Below are positions 30,024 to 39,989 of a stretch of 64,000 nucleotides of DNA, one piece after another (within the stretch, counting starts at the first letter, position 1; every line of letters starts with the position of its first letter). A program made the translations under genes and the position numbers. Source of the DNA: Cenarchaeum sp. GTDB lineage: Archaea > Thermoproteota > Nitrososphaeria > Nitrososphaerales > Nitrosopumilaceae. The notes beneath the pieces are model-generated. The model saw only the letters and a list, made by a program, of their open reading frames with translations. It did not search any database and was not told the DNA's origin. The stretch spans positions 1,888,001 through 1,952,000 of the forward strand of contig OY843768.1 of assembly GCA_963693095.2 (NCBI GenBank). Direction: 5' to 3'.

Positions 30024-30959
30024 CTACCCCTCCACGATGACCCTTGCAGACCTCTTTGGGTCTATGGAGGCGCCCGCGCTAAACTGCGCGCCAATCCTGC
30101 ACACGTGCTCGGCCTGCTCCATGCGAACCTCCAGTCCGCTCAGTGCCACGCTGACTGAATCCCTTGCGGCCACTAGTGCGCTGCCCCCTCCAATGTCCAT
30201 GCCTCCCCAAAATGCGGGGCTCACCACGACGTCCATGCCATTGACGTCCATGCTGCCTGCTCGCAGGTCACCGCCCTCCAGGAGCTGAATGGCGTGCCTG
30301 GGCGTCATTACGCAAAACACCCCGCCCGGAAACTCGACGCCCACGCTATTGTCCACTATGGTCCGCGCAACTTCTAGCAGGTCATTGCCTCCCAGCATGT
30401 TCTTTCCGTCAACTGTGCGCGAATTCGCCTGGTTTTGAATGTACAGTGTGCGTGCAAGGGCCGAATCATTCGTATTGATCAGGCTGGTGTGGACTAGATT
30501 TTCCACGACTGCGATCACCCCGTCACGTATGGAGGCGAGCAGGTCGCGCGCCACGTTCTGGGGATTTCCTGCCATGTCATTCCGGCTCACCTGGTGCCAC
30601 ATTGACCAATGCCTGGGGGCGCCCGTCATTATCGTATAGCATGATCTCGCATCCTGTGGGCCACCCTGTAGCGCCTGTGCCGGGCGTGGGGCATCAGCCA
30701 CGATGCGCCTCCATGGCTCGCCAGGGCGCGGCCTTGCCACCCTTGCATAATCCAGCACGGAGCGGTGTGGCCTTGGCATTATGCGTGAAATGTCCAAATG
30801 CCAGACGCTGTCGCCTTTTGGCTGATGGTCAATCTCTCCCACAATGTCGCCGCCCCGCTGTTCTAGTTCTGGCCAGACAGGTTTACCGCTGCTAAACGCG
30901 TCAGTTATCACCTGGCAGGTATCATCCCACTCTTGATCCCTTGCGCCCCGCGTCTTCAT
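30024..30959 (-). CDS. HK97-fold major-capsid-like protein (311 aa), stand-alone
   Basis: Size; spine-helix-like RDGVIAVVENLVHTSL; CVMTPRHAIQLL; NGMDVVVSP; ALVAARDSVSVA; LEVRME; GASIDPKRSARVIV C-terminus. ATG 30959 lies about 24 nt from a TATA. Confidence 0.6.
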   Translation of the reverse strand: MKTRGARDQEWDDTCQVITDAFSSGKPVWPELEQRGGDIVGEIDHQPKGDSVWHLDISRIMPRPHRSVLDYARVARPRPGEPWRRIVADAPRPAQALQGGPQDARSCYTIMTGAPRHWSMWHQVSRNDMAGNPQNVARDLLASIRDGVIAVVENLVHTSLINTNDSALARTLYIQNQANSRTVDGKNMLGGNDLLEVARTIVDNSVGVEFPGGVFCVMTPRHAIQLLEGGDLRAGSMDVNGMDVVVSPAFWGGMDIGGGSALVAARDSVSVALSGLEVRMEQAEHVCRIGAQFSAGASIDPKRSARVIVEG

Positions 30960-30998
30960 TGTGGGGTTATGAGGGTGGCACGTATATGAATTGTTGCT

Positions 30999-31178
30999 GT
31001 GCCCTGGCCAATTGACAAAGAATACACCGACTCTTGTGAACATGTCCTATCGCCGCTAGTTGAGGAGAAACCACGTTCACGCTGCCCTGACTGTGGAGAG
31101 TCTTTTCGCTGGAATCATGCGACAGACCCCCGTTGTGACAAGCACATCCTTGGCCTCGTCCGTGAACTCATCTCCTGA
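30999..31178 (+). CDS. 59-aa CPxCG zinc-finger-like microprotein (below the ORF-track cutoff)
   Basis: GTG start; MPWPIDKEYTDSCEHVLSPLVEEKPRSRCPDCGESFRWNHATDPRCDKHILGLVRELIS*. Confidence 0.4.
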   Translation: MPWPIDKEYTDSCEHVLSPLVEEKPRSRCPDCGESFRWNHATDPRCDKHILGLVRELIS

Positions 31179-31401
31179 TCTTTGATCAACGTGTGGCCTG
31201 ACATGTCCTGCTGGCGACGGATCTGCTCGCAGTGACTGCGGGGAGGACCCCACAGGCGCCCCCGGAACTGCCCAGGGAACCCGGGCGCCAGACTCTTTTA
31301 ATGTGGCACCATACTGCGCCCTCGCCGATGAGCGCGATTATGCGTGCCTTGCAGGCAGGGCGCCATGGGCAGGATGCGCCATGCCGGGGGCCGACGTGGG
31401 C

Positions 31402-31872
31402 ATGACTCCACGGAGCGGGTTAGAGGACGAGGTCGGGGGTCTGCTGGAGCGCATAGGCCTAGATCTAGTGAAGGCAAACCACATACTGTACAGGAAGGAC
31501 GGGAGCGAGGAGGCCGAGATCGACCTCGTCTTTAGTCTCGGAAACGCGACGTTTATCGTCGAGGTCACCGAAAGCGCACAAGAGGAGACGAGGCGCAAAA
31601 AGCGCAAAGAGCTCAGGGAGTGGACGGGGCGAGGCATGATAGGCAGGATATCTGGGGAGCTCGGGCTGCGATCAGACAACCACACTAGGATCGTTTACGT
31701 GTCTCTTGCCACAGAGGGTCGGGTGCGACCCGTCATTGACGGGAATGTTGTCCTGCTTCACTCTGACCATATGAAAGATCTTTCAGACTGTGTCGATGCT
31801 GATCCCTGGCACGCGCTAGAGATTTTTGTAGAGTTTTGCGGCCTAGGGGACGTGTTCAACCCGAACGCATGA
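31402..31872 (+). CDS. small PD-(D/E)XK-like protein, paralogue 3
   Basis: EIDLVF...FIVEVTE; collinear with 2065-2535 from ATG 31402. Confidence 0.65.
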   Translation: MTPRSGLEDEVGGLLERIGLDLVKANHILYRKDGSEEAEIDLVFSLGNATFIVEVTESAQEETRRKKRKELREWTGRGMIGRISGELGLRSDNHTRIVYVSLATEGRVRPVIDGNVVLLHSDHMKDLSDCVDADPWHALEIFVEFCGLGDVFNPNA

Positions 31873-31940
31873 GGCCGGACTGCTTGACCAGTAATTCCAC
31901 ACTGCCATTCACTAACGGTGATGTATGTGAGTTAGGGGCG

Positions 31941-32366
31941 TCAAAAATCCATGCCAAGCAAGTCGGTGATATGCCATATTTCTGCCAGCAAGGGCACGCC
32001 CACAAACCAGCCAAGCACGTGCGCAAGCTTTGCCATCGTCGGCACGATCCAGTAGGAGCTGGGATCCAGCGAGATGACACGGCCAAAGGCGAGGAGCGCC
32101 TCGTGATGCCGGCCAAGACAGCGCAGGCCACGCCCCCTGTAAAAGTGTGAGAGCACATCGCACGGGTTCATCTCGATGGCACGATCAAGATACGGCAGCG
32201 CCTCGGCGTATCGCCCCTGCTGATGCAGGGCAATGCCCATATTGCTTTGGTCGATGTATGTGGGCCGCATCGGTACTAGGGGGACGGGCATGGAGGCATT
32301 GCGGATGATCATTTCTATTACTGCTTCCACTAGCAAGGTGTCTATAGCTTTACTGGGCTCGCCCAT
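31941..32366 (-). CDS. short 2-TPR protein with hydrophobic termini, copy 1
   Basis: Two TPRs; shares the promoter CTTAAATTTGCAAAGG...CCATGGGC with 35009-35449. Confidence 0.75.
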   Translation of the reverse strand: MGEPSKAIDTLLVEAVIEMIIRNASMPVPLVPMRPTYIDQSNMGIALHQQGRYAEALPYLDRAIEMNPCDVLSHFYRGRGLRCLGRHHEALLAFGRVISLDPSSYWIVPTMAKLAHVLGWFVGVPLLAEIWHITDLLGMDF

Positions 32367-32592
32367 GGATCCCCCCGTGGCCTTTGCAAATTTAAGTTTG
32401 TCCCAGATGTCGGTCCCTGGGCACACGTTGTGCAAGACTCGCGCGCCATGTTAGGTGGCCGGGAGACGCAACCGGCATTATTCCGCCCGTGGTGGTTCCC
32501 TTGAGCGCATCTGACACTGGATCGTCTAGGTGCTGCCCTCATGCCTAGCACACGCCATCACATTATTATAGTGCCGCCCCTTAATCATCTGC

Positions 32593-33717
32593 ATGACAAA
32601 CGACGGGCGCGCCGGGTGTGCAGACCACTACTCTTATGCGGATCAGACGTCGATGAGCAGGGCTGTCAGTCTGCTCTTTGAGCGCTGTGACTGCCATCGC
32701 GAGGCGCAGTTCTCCGATACAGTCCCCCCGACATGCCCGCAGGGCCCCAACTCGAGGAGATTCCTAGTGGATAGCGTGCCATACTGTGCGTTTGAGCCCG
32801 GCTCTACAGTTGAGACCGGCCCGGACGGCAAGATCGCCTATTCCAGGGCAACGTCTGTTCACCAGACAGGCTCCCAAGGCCAGGCAATGCTCCAGCTTGA
32901 CTCGTGCCTGCTAGACTCGCCAAACCTGCCACAGCTCCCTAGCGAGCGCGTTATGGATCCGGATGGCCATGCGCCATCTGCCCCGCTTGCCGCCGGATTT
33001 AGGGTGCAACGGACATGTCTTGACAGGCAGGAATATGCCGAATTCCAGGTTCCATCTCGTAATAACGGGACGATCACATGCGATCAAACGCGCAAGAGCA
33101 TAACACACGTGCCACGCTTTGCGTTTAGGGACAAGTTGTCGACTTTTTTACGCCGTGGAGTTTATGATTTTCACGACAACATGGACAACAACATATGGTG
33201 GCGTGAGGATGCGCTATGCGTTGAACAGCTCTCAACATTGGATGGCCAGGAGACGTTTGATTGCCACTGGGACTCTACACTGGCTGACCTCGAACTCTTT
33301 ATCGGCAAGCTAAACCGCTCACGCCCGCCTGAGCTGCAGCTTGACACTGTATTTGTAAACTATGGTCTCTACATTGTGCTCTTTGGCCGTGATCCGCGAA
33401 CACTGGACTGGTCAGAGGGATACCCTGAATACAGGAACATGGTGCGCCTGAACGGCATCACGTTCCTGCACTCCTCCTCCCTGCCCCATTACTGCTCGTT
33501 TGCCACGTCATCGGCCCAGGGTCCCGTGTTTGTTCACGGCCCGTCAATACTGCGCTGCACGGACTCTACGATCGATGTCGAGCGCTATTGTGCCCTCATT
33601 GCCCCGCCGACCTCTAGCGTGCCAAGTGTTCCATGGGGCGTCAGATTTAACGTGACGATGGAGTGGAAAAAAAGCAAGGGACAGTCCGGGGAGGGAAGCG
33701 TGGATGATCGCACCTGA
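32593..33717 (+). CDS. uncharacterised capsid-like protein (subtype I), copy 2
   Basis: Full-length paralogue of 9864-10985. Confidence 0.5.
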   Translation: MTNDGRAGCADHYSYADQTSMSRAVSLLFERCDCHREAQFSDTVPPTCPQGPNSRRFLVDSVPYCAFEPGSTVETGPDGKIAYSRATSVHQTGSQGQAMLQLDSCLLDSPNLPQLPSERVMDPDGHAPSAPLAAGFRVQRTCLDRQEYAEFQVPSRNNGTITCDQTRKSITHVPRFAFRDKLSTFLRRGVYDFHDNMDNNIWWREDALCVEQLSTLDGQETFDCHWDSTLADLELFIGKLNRSRPPELQLDTVFVNYGLYIVLFGRDPRTLDWSEGYPEYRNMVRLNGITFLHSSSLPHYCSFATSSAQGPVFVHGPSILRCTDSTIDVERYCALIAPPTSSVPSVPWGVRFNVTMEWKKSKGQSGEGSVDDRT

Positions 33718-33805
33718 TCCCGCACCAGTTCGCCTCATGCGCCGTGCCTGCCCGCGTGCGCGCATAACTTTACCTATAATGGATGGCACCGCACATGGCT
33801 CGTGA

Positions 33806-34825
33806 TTGCCCATGTACCAACTGTCGGGGCATTTTGCAAGGCAGGGCATCTCTGAGCTGAGGCACTCTCATACCATCGTGAGGTCAGACCTGTCAGGATA
33901 CTCCCTGGGTTTGGCCATGTACTTGTGTCAGCAGTGCATTGAAAAAGAGCTAAAGGCCATAATTCTCAAGCTCCGCGAAAGGGTGGATCAGAGAATCGCC
34001 CCGTCCCTTCTAAAGAAGGACCTGGGACACCAGCTCTATCCCCACATATACCAACTATATGCCAACCACATCGTCAAGATAGAGTTGCCTGTTGTGCGTT
34101 CTGATGGCATGATCGCCTCGTACATCAACGATGCCCCAGAGCCAGACCCAAGTCGTGATGCGGTTACGCCCAAAATCATGATGCGTGTCTGGAATGATTG
34201 CCTGCACAATAAATTGTGGAAAGACCGCATCTGGCAGAATTCTGTGGGGTATAGGATGACACAGCGTGACCTTGATTACCTCAATTCGCGACAGGAGGAA
34301 TACATGTCCGCACTCTTTTCACTCACTGGAAGATCTGGCATAGCCCTGCCTAGAATATCCAATCGTATCCTGCACACACCGCTGCTCGGATCCAAAACCC
34401 TGGACAATGCGGCCCTGTCCGAGTATCGCGCGAACCATCTGGCACTTGGGAAAAACCATCATGATCGTGTCCTCTTTGATCGCTATTTTCATGAATGCCA
34501 GGGATTTTTCTCTGCTGACGCAAAGTCTAAACTTGGACGGGATTTTCCGCATGATAAATTTCTTCGCCGTCTGGTCATGGAATTTGGATTTCAGATCTTG
34601 CTTTCGCATGCGCCATATTACATGTTTCTATTTTTGCACAATATGACTGGTCGATATCCCGAGCAACTTGGCGGGGACATCACGGCTGACCTGTACGAAT
34701 CCCATGCTGACCACGTGCTGTTTTCCGTGCTCGTTGACATTCCATACCAGCTGGGCCAGCTGCATGTCAACTCTGGCCGGCTTGACGTGCTGCTAGATGC
34801 CGGGCATGGGCTTGGATACTGGTAG
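33806..34825 (+). CDS. long HEPN-domain-like protein, copy 1
   Basis: AMYLCQQCIEKELKA, GHQL, and GRYP far downstream: HEPN motifs split by a large insert. Confidence 0.65.
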   Translation: MPMYQLSGHFARQGISELRHSHTIVRSDLSGYSLGLAMYLCQQCIEKELKAIILKLRERVDQRIAPSLLKKDLGHQLYPHIYQLYANHIVKIELPVVRSDGMIASYINDAPEPDPSRDAVTPKIMMRVWNDCLHNKLWKDRIWQNSVGYRMTQRDLDYLNSRQEEYMSALFSLTGRSGIALPRISNRILHTPLLGSKTLDNAALSEYRANHLALGKNHHDRVLFDRYFHECQGFFSADAKSKLGRDFPHDKFLRRLVMEFGFQILLSHAPYYMFLFLHNMTGRYPEQLGGDITADLYESHADHVLFSVLVDIPYQLGQLHVNSGRLDVLLDAGHGLGYW

Positions 34826-35008
34826 CGCGCCATGTGGCCCGATGGTGATTTGGGGGTTTTTTTTGAGTGCGCGATCCTGTGCCTGGCCACAAATGACTGA
34901 CACGCCCCTTGCCACATACTTTCCAAAGTGCGCATCTGGGCGAGACTGCTCGGGTGCGTGCGCACTATCCAGGCCGCTTATCCAATAGTCCCACACTATG
35001 CCATGCCC

Positions 35009-35449
35009 TCAATATGGCGTATGTGCGCACGGGGGGCACCCAAGGCGGGTGCCAACCCAGGCGACGATGCGCCATACTGCTGCCAGGATGCGCAGATTTG
35101 CAAACGGGCCAAGCCTGCGCGCAAGCCTTGGGATTGCCGGAACGTGCCCGCATAGTCGGGGGTTCAGCGAGATGGCGATGACAAGGGCGCGGAGCGCCTT
35201 GCGATACCGGCCAAGGCTAGCCAGGGCATACCCCCTGTAAAGGTGAGAGATCGCGTCATTCGGGTGCAGGCGAAGGGCACGATCAAGATACTGCAGCGCC
35301 GCGCCATGGCGCCCTTGTCGATACAGGCTGATGCCACTGTCCCTCGGATCGCCATGAGGCGGCTGCCTTGGCGCTTTGGTGGGTGTGAGGATGGCGGCAA
35401 TTACGACTCCTGCGATGGCACCGACTGCCACGTCTCCTAGAACGCCCAT
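35009..35449 (-). CDS. short 2-TPR protein with N-terminal TM, copy 2
   Basis: Paralogue of 31941-32366. Confidence 0.75.
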   Translation of the reverse strand: MGVLGDVAVGAIAGVVIAAILTPTKAPRQPPHGDPRDSGISLYRQGRHGAALQYLDRALRLHPNDAISHLYRGYALASLGRYRKALRALVIAISLNPRLCGHVPAIPRLARRLGPFANLRILAAVWRIVAWVGTRLGCPPCAHTPY

Positions 35450-35649
35450 GGAGCCCTGTGCGACCTTTGCAAATTTAAGCCTTGGCGCGGATCCTGCGTA
35501 TGGGGTCAGACATCCCTGTTCGCTCATGCCCAGCCGCCATCACAGCAAGTAGATCGGTAGGATCGCGCGCTTATTTGACCAAATGGACGTGGCCATTCCG
35601 CCCTAAAGCATGGCCAACAGTTAAACGCTCCCGTTTCTGCCCTGTGCCG

Positions 35650-36660
35650 ATGACCCTCGTCGAGCTGGCCCAATATTTTGCAGAGCACGCAGCCTCTGAC
35701 CTAAGACATGCCCAGGCCATAGCCAGGTCAGACCTGTCAGGCCATGCGCTTGCGACTGCAATGTACCTGGCCCAGCAGTCGATTGAAAAGCAGCTAAAGT
35801 CCATCATCATCAACATGGACGAAAAGATGGGGCTAGGCAATAGTAGATCAATTCCCAGGTTGCTTGGGCACCAGCTCTATTCTGGCCTGTACGAATTTTA
35901 CGGCAAGCAGATCAACGACCTTGACACCCAGTTTCTGGAGGTTAGCTCCCTGCAACACGGCGCCCAGCCCGCAAAAAACGTGGCTCACATGAAACATTTC
36001 TTTAAACAGATGGAAAAGTTTTGGGCATCCCATTCAAAGAGCCCCAGCCTGCCATCGCTGTTCTGGCAACTCTCTCTGGGCATAAGACTAAAAGATGATG
36101 ACTTTTGGCGGGTACGCTCAACACACGTTAAATATGCGCAAAGCATGCTTGATATTCTTGCCGCGGCCGGCGTCAATATTCCCCCACTGCCTAACAATAA
36201 CTATTTGCAACGGCCCATGCTTGATGCAATTATGAATAGTGCGCTTCTTGCATCATATCGTGGCGAGTATGCCCGCATCGAGATCAATGCCATTGAAAGC
36301 CACAAGCTGAGGCAAACCTTTGACACGTCCAGCGCCATTCTCTCGCTGTTTCCAAATCTCGTCCAGGGCTCATTTTATGCAGGTGTCGGCCTGGGCAAGA
36401 ATATGGTCTTTAGCTTTGGCATCCTGGTACTGCTCCTTGCACAGTACCAACACCTGGCCCTGCTCGCCAACCACAGCTATGGGCGCTATCCCAAAAGGCT
36501 TGAGGGTGGGCGAATCACGACTGACGTGTACGCATCACAGGCGAATATCGTGCTGTTTTACCTGTTTGTTGCCGTTCCATACCAGCTCGGCCAGCTGCGC
36601 GCCAACTCTGGGAGGTTGGACGTGCTGCTTGACATGGGGCGCGAGCGCGGGTGCTGGTAG
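35650..36660 (+). CDS. long HEPN-domain-like protein, copy 2
   Basis: AMYLAQQSIEKQLKS, GHQL, GRYP; ATG 35650 follows GTTAAA. Confidence 0.65.
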   Translation: MTLVELAQYFAEHAASDLRHAQAIARSDLSGHALATAMYLAQQSIEKQLKSIIINMDEKMGLGNSRSIPRLLGHQLYSGLYEFYGKQINDLDTQFLEVSSLQHGAQPAKNVAHMKHFFKQMEKFWASHSKSPSLPSLFWQLSLGIRLKDDDFWRVRSTHVKYAQSMLDILAAAGVNIPPLPNNNYLQRPMLDAIMNSALLASYRGEYARIEINAIESHKLRQTFDTSSAILSLFPNLVQGSFYAGVGLGKNMVFSFGILVLLLAQYQHLALLANHSYGRYPKRLEGGRITTDVYASQANIVLFYLFVAVPYQLGQLRANSGRLDVLLDMGRERGCW

Positions 36661-37112
36661 TGCGCGTGTGGGCTTGGGGGGGCACTAGGGTTTTTTGAGT
36701 GTGGGAATTCTGTGCCTTGCCACAAATGACTCCGTCACTGCCTGCGCCGCGACGTGCCGGGACTGGAGGTGCGCGCACAGGGGACGCTGCGCACGCCGCG
36801 GGGATTTCAGGGCGGGATCCGGCGTCGTGACGTCGGAATTTCACGCCATGCCATTCCCAGAAACTGCCGTCCGCGCCTATTCGTAGACAACGCCGGTCGT
36901 GGCCGCCGCGCGCCTATGCGCAGTTATGAAACAGAGCCCCTGCCCACACAGTCTATTAATAGCCACCTGCATAAAATGCTGTTAAACATGGCAAGGTGTT
37001 TTGATTCTGTGATGGTTTTTGGCGCGGGTGTGTGCCGCACGTCACTGCGATCATGCCCACACTACTATACCTAATCACAATTATGAACCATGTCTCAAAA
37101 AACGTCAAAACA

Positions 37113-37607
37113 TCATATGAGTTTTAACAAACTTTGAGCTGATTGCATGATATTCCTGCCCTCCCTCGAGTTAATTTCTTGCTGAAGCATATCCTCATAG
37201 TCCATCTTGTCTATGTACAGCTCGGAACCTCGCGCGTATTGAAATGCGTCAGTTGAGTCATTCTTGTCTTTGAGATCCCACATGGCCTTTTTGACATTCT
37301 CAAAGTGCAGATTGGGCGGCAGATGATCCGGCAGTTGTTCTGTCTTGCGCTGTGCAAATTCAAGTTTTACATCCAGCACGTCAAGCTCCCACTCGTTATT
37401 GGGATCAGGGTGCGCTGTCCCATATTTTGCTCGTAGCTCATCCTCGCGCTCCAACTCCCTGTCAACTGCGTCACGTACCCTTGCAGGCAGTGAATCATAC
37501 TTGAAGACGCCAAACTTCATGCAGCCGATAATCTCGTTTAGAGTCAGTGTGGGATTGCTGCATTCACTAGCAAAAGTATTCTCAAATACTTTCTCCCCGT
37601 GCTCCAT
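37113..37607 (-). CDS. 'ENTFA' family protein, copy 5
   Basis: Conserved N-terminal domain; close to 23957-24436. Confidence 0.8.
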   Translation of the reverse strand: MEHGEKVFENTFASECSNPTLTLNEIIGCMKFGVFKYDSLPARVRDAVDRELEREDELRAKYGTAHPDPNNEWELDVLDVKLEFAQRKTEQLPDHLPPNLHFENVKKAMWDLKDKNDSTDAFQYARGSELYIDKMDYEDMLQQEINSREGRNIMQSAQSLLKLI

Positions 37608-37678
37608 GGCATCACTCCATGCATCCGGCTAATAAGCCTTGAGCACACGTCACACTTGTATATATGCACAGAAAGTAG

Positions 37679-39706
37679 TCAAATTTGCCTAGACAGTTCT
37701 TGGCGACGAGTTTTGGCACGTTCGATCAGCTGTTTAACGACTTTTGCAGTTGCAAATGAGTCTATTTCTCCAGGTTTTTCCATGTCTATTTCCCTGAGCA
37801 TGAGATATAGCCCTAGTTTATTATTTAACACACGTTTTCGGTTAGAATATGCGTCTTGTTTCTGTTTGTGTGCTTGACAGTCACATTTTGGTTTTTGATT
37901 AGTTGTTGAAATGTTTTCGGCATCGAGTTTCTTGGCTTTTTGAAATTCTCTATATTCACTTTTTTCTGACGACCCTATGCATCTCTCTAAATCGTTAGCC
38001 ATGGACACAGTTAGGTTTTTCTCAAAGCACGCAAATTTAGAGTTAATCTCAGTCTTATCGATGTCTGAGTTGCAATAATGGCTTTGCGGATCTGCAAGCC
38101 CTACAAGCCTTCTGTTCTGTTTTAGCATTCCATCATCTATTCCCGGTTTACGATCTAGATCCCACATTAGATATTTTGGAATCTGAAACTGGTTGAAAAG
38201 TTGCACAATTATTGGAATGTTCTCCTTTCCTTCACATGACACTATGGACATTTCATACTGATCCAAATCTTTACCTATTGCACGTGCGGTGGCTTGCAGT
38301 GCGATGCGATCACTTGCTCCCTCCACCATCACGACCAGTCTGGCAAAAAATCCCTCTGTGATTTCATGTGTGGCGTTCATGTCCAGCCAGGTTCGTGTCC
38401 TCTTTTCCTGGTTCTTGTCACCACCCCTCTTTTCGCCGAATAATTGGGCGCTGAGATTATCGATCGTTGTTGACAAGAACTTTTCTTGCTTGTTCTTTTG
38501 GAGCAATCGCAGGTTGTCAATAAGCTGCAATTCTATGAAACACGGCGAGTGTGTGCTGCAGACGATACATGTAGATGATCCGACTAGATCTATAAACGCC
38601 TTTAGCATCTTTCGCTGTCGCTGTGGGTGCTGGTACAGCTCTGGCTCGTCAATGACGATCAGTCTCAAGCTCGATTGCCGGACATTGTCCTTTTCTGTCA
38701 ATTTGTTGTCTTTTCCTGCAGGCTTGTTATTTCTGCGTATTGAGGCGAGCATATCTAGCAATGCCAGGAGGTACACCCGTTGAAACCCGCTCCCTGCGCG
38801 CTCTATGGGGGCCATAAACCCGTTATCTTGCAGGTGTATTATCGCCTGTGGCTGTGTGGGAGAATATTCGGGAGTCACTAGATTTATATCGTATAGTGCG
38901 TCATCCATATAGCGTTGAGATTTTTTCCTCAGTTCGGCGGCAACCTCATCTAGTGTAACTTTTATTGTTGACTCGAATTCTTTGTATGCCTCTCTATGTG
39001 CATCTGAGGCTTCTACAAACTTTGCATTGTTCTGCTCTACGCTTTGCAAGATCCACTCCACCAATTCAGAAAACGGGGATTTGGCGCCTTCCCTGCCATC
39101 TGCTGCTATATCCTTCGTGGCAGGAATATACGTCACATCTATGGCCTCCTCTGGATTTACATTGCTGTGCATGTACTCCACATAGTCTATTTCATACTCG
39201 TCACTGCTATTGGAGTCAGTTGAATGACGGTGCTCCCACTCATCAAAATCGAGTATAAATTCCCCCTGTCTGTCATATTTTGGAAAATCGTCGTATTTGT
39301 TCTTTAGGTCTCTGATCATATATTTCATGTCATGGGCACTTTTTGATCTAATTCCTAGAAATTTTTTATTGCACATTTTTGCAATCCGTGTATCTGGTAC
39401 CACGTCATCTTTGTCATTTATTTTAAACAGTTTTTTTATTTTAGATACGCCATCAATCACAAATTCAGGAGGAAAGGCAGGGTTGCCATTCGTCTTGATG
39501 CTCAGGATGATCTCTATTGGATCTCTTTCCTTGTCAAAATCTTCCCGTGTCACATCCGGTTTACCCTCTCCGAAAAAACTCAGTGCCTCGAGAACCGTGG
39601 TCTTTCCAGCCCCGTTAGGCCCAATCAAAATTGTGAGATCGTCGAGCGGTATGGTCACGTCCTTGATCGAGCGAAAGTCCCTGATCGTTATGGACTCAAT
39701 ATTCAT
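37679..39706 (-). CDS. OLD-family ATP-dependent endonuclease (ABC ATPase plus TOPRIM)
   Basis: Walker A GPNGAGKT, signature GSGFQR, Walker B IDEPELYQHP, STHSP, TOPRIM VEGASD and WDLD. Confidence 0.9.
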   Translation of the reverse strand: MNIESITIRDFRSIKDVTIPLDDLTILIGPNGAGKTTVLEALSFFGEGKPDVTREDFDKERDPIEIILSIKTNGNPAFPPEFVIDGVSKIKKLFKINDKDDVVPDTRIAKMCNKKFLGIRSKSAHDMKYMIRDLKNKYDDFPKYDRQGEFILDFDEWEHRHSTDSNSSDEYEIDYVEYMHSNVNPEEAIDVTYIPATKDIAADGREGAKSPFSELVEWILQSVEQNNAKFVEASDAHREAYKEFESTIKVTLDEVAAELRKKSQRYMDDALYDINLVTPEYSPTQPQAIIHLQDNGFMAPIERAGSGFQRVYLLALLDMLASIRRNNKPAGKDNKLTEKDNVRQSSLRLIVIDEPELYQHPQRQRKMLKAFIDLVGSSTCIVCSTHSPCFIELQLIDNLRLLQKNKQEKFLSTTIDNLSAQLFGEKRGGDKNQEKRTRTWLDMNATHEITEGFFARLVVMVEGASDRIALQATARAIGKDLDQYEMSIVSCEGKENIPIIVQLFNQFQIPKYLMWDLDRKPGIDDGMLKQNRRLVGLADPQSHYCNSDIDKTEINSKFACFEKNLTVSMANDLERCIGSSEKSEYREFQKAKKLDAENISTTNQKPKCDCQAHKQKQDAYSNRKRVLNNKLGLYLMLREIDMEKPGEIDSFATAKVVKQLIERAKTRRQELSRQI

Positions 39707-39926
39707 TGGTGATATCCTTGTCATTAAATCTGCCCTTGATGTGGCGGTAAAAATAGGATCCTAGGGACGGGCTATCCATCAGGCCATCGTACACTGACTT
39801 TGGAACGTTGCTATAGCGGTACAGCCGCCCGCTGCGAAACCTAATTTCTAGTATGCGCGTGCCGCCATTATAGCTCACCGTCGACAGGTTGCTCGACTTT
39901 ACTGGAGTCTCTTCCTCTTCGTCCAC
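39696..39926 (-). CDS. KTSC-domain protein
   Basis: VKSSNL..V.Y....LEIRFRSG..YRY..VP..VY..LM.S.S.GSYF...IK; the stop overlaps the OLD start by 11 nt. Confidence 0.9.
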   Translation of the reverse strand: MDEEEETPVKSSNLSTVSYNGGTRILEIRFRSGRLYRYSNVPKSVYDGLMDSPSLGSYFYRHIKGRFNDKDITNEY

Positions 39927-39989
39927 GGGACTCGCTTCTCGCGTGTCTATATCAATATACCTTGCGTAGCCATTGTGGGGTTTACGCCC

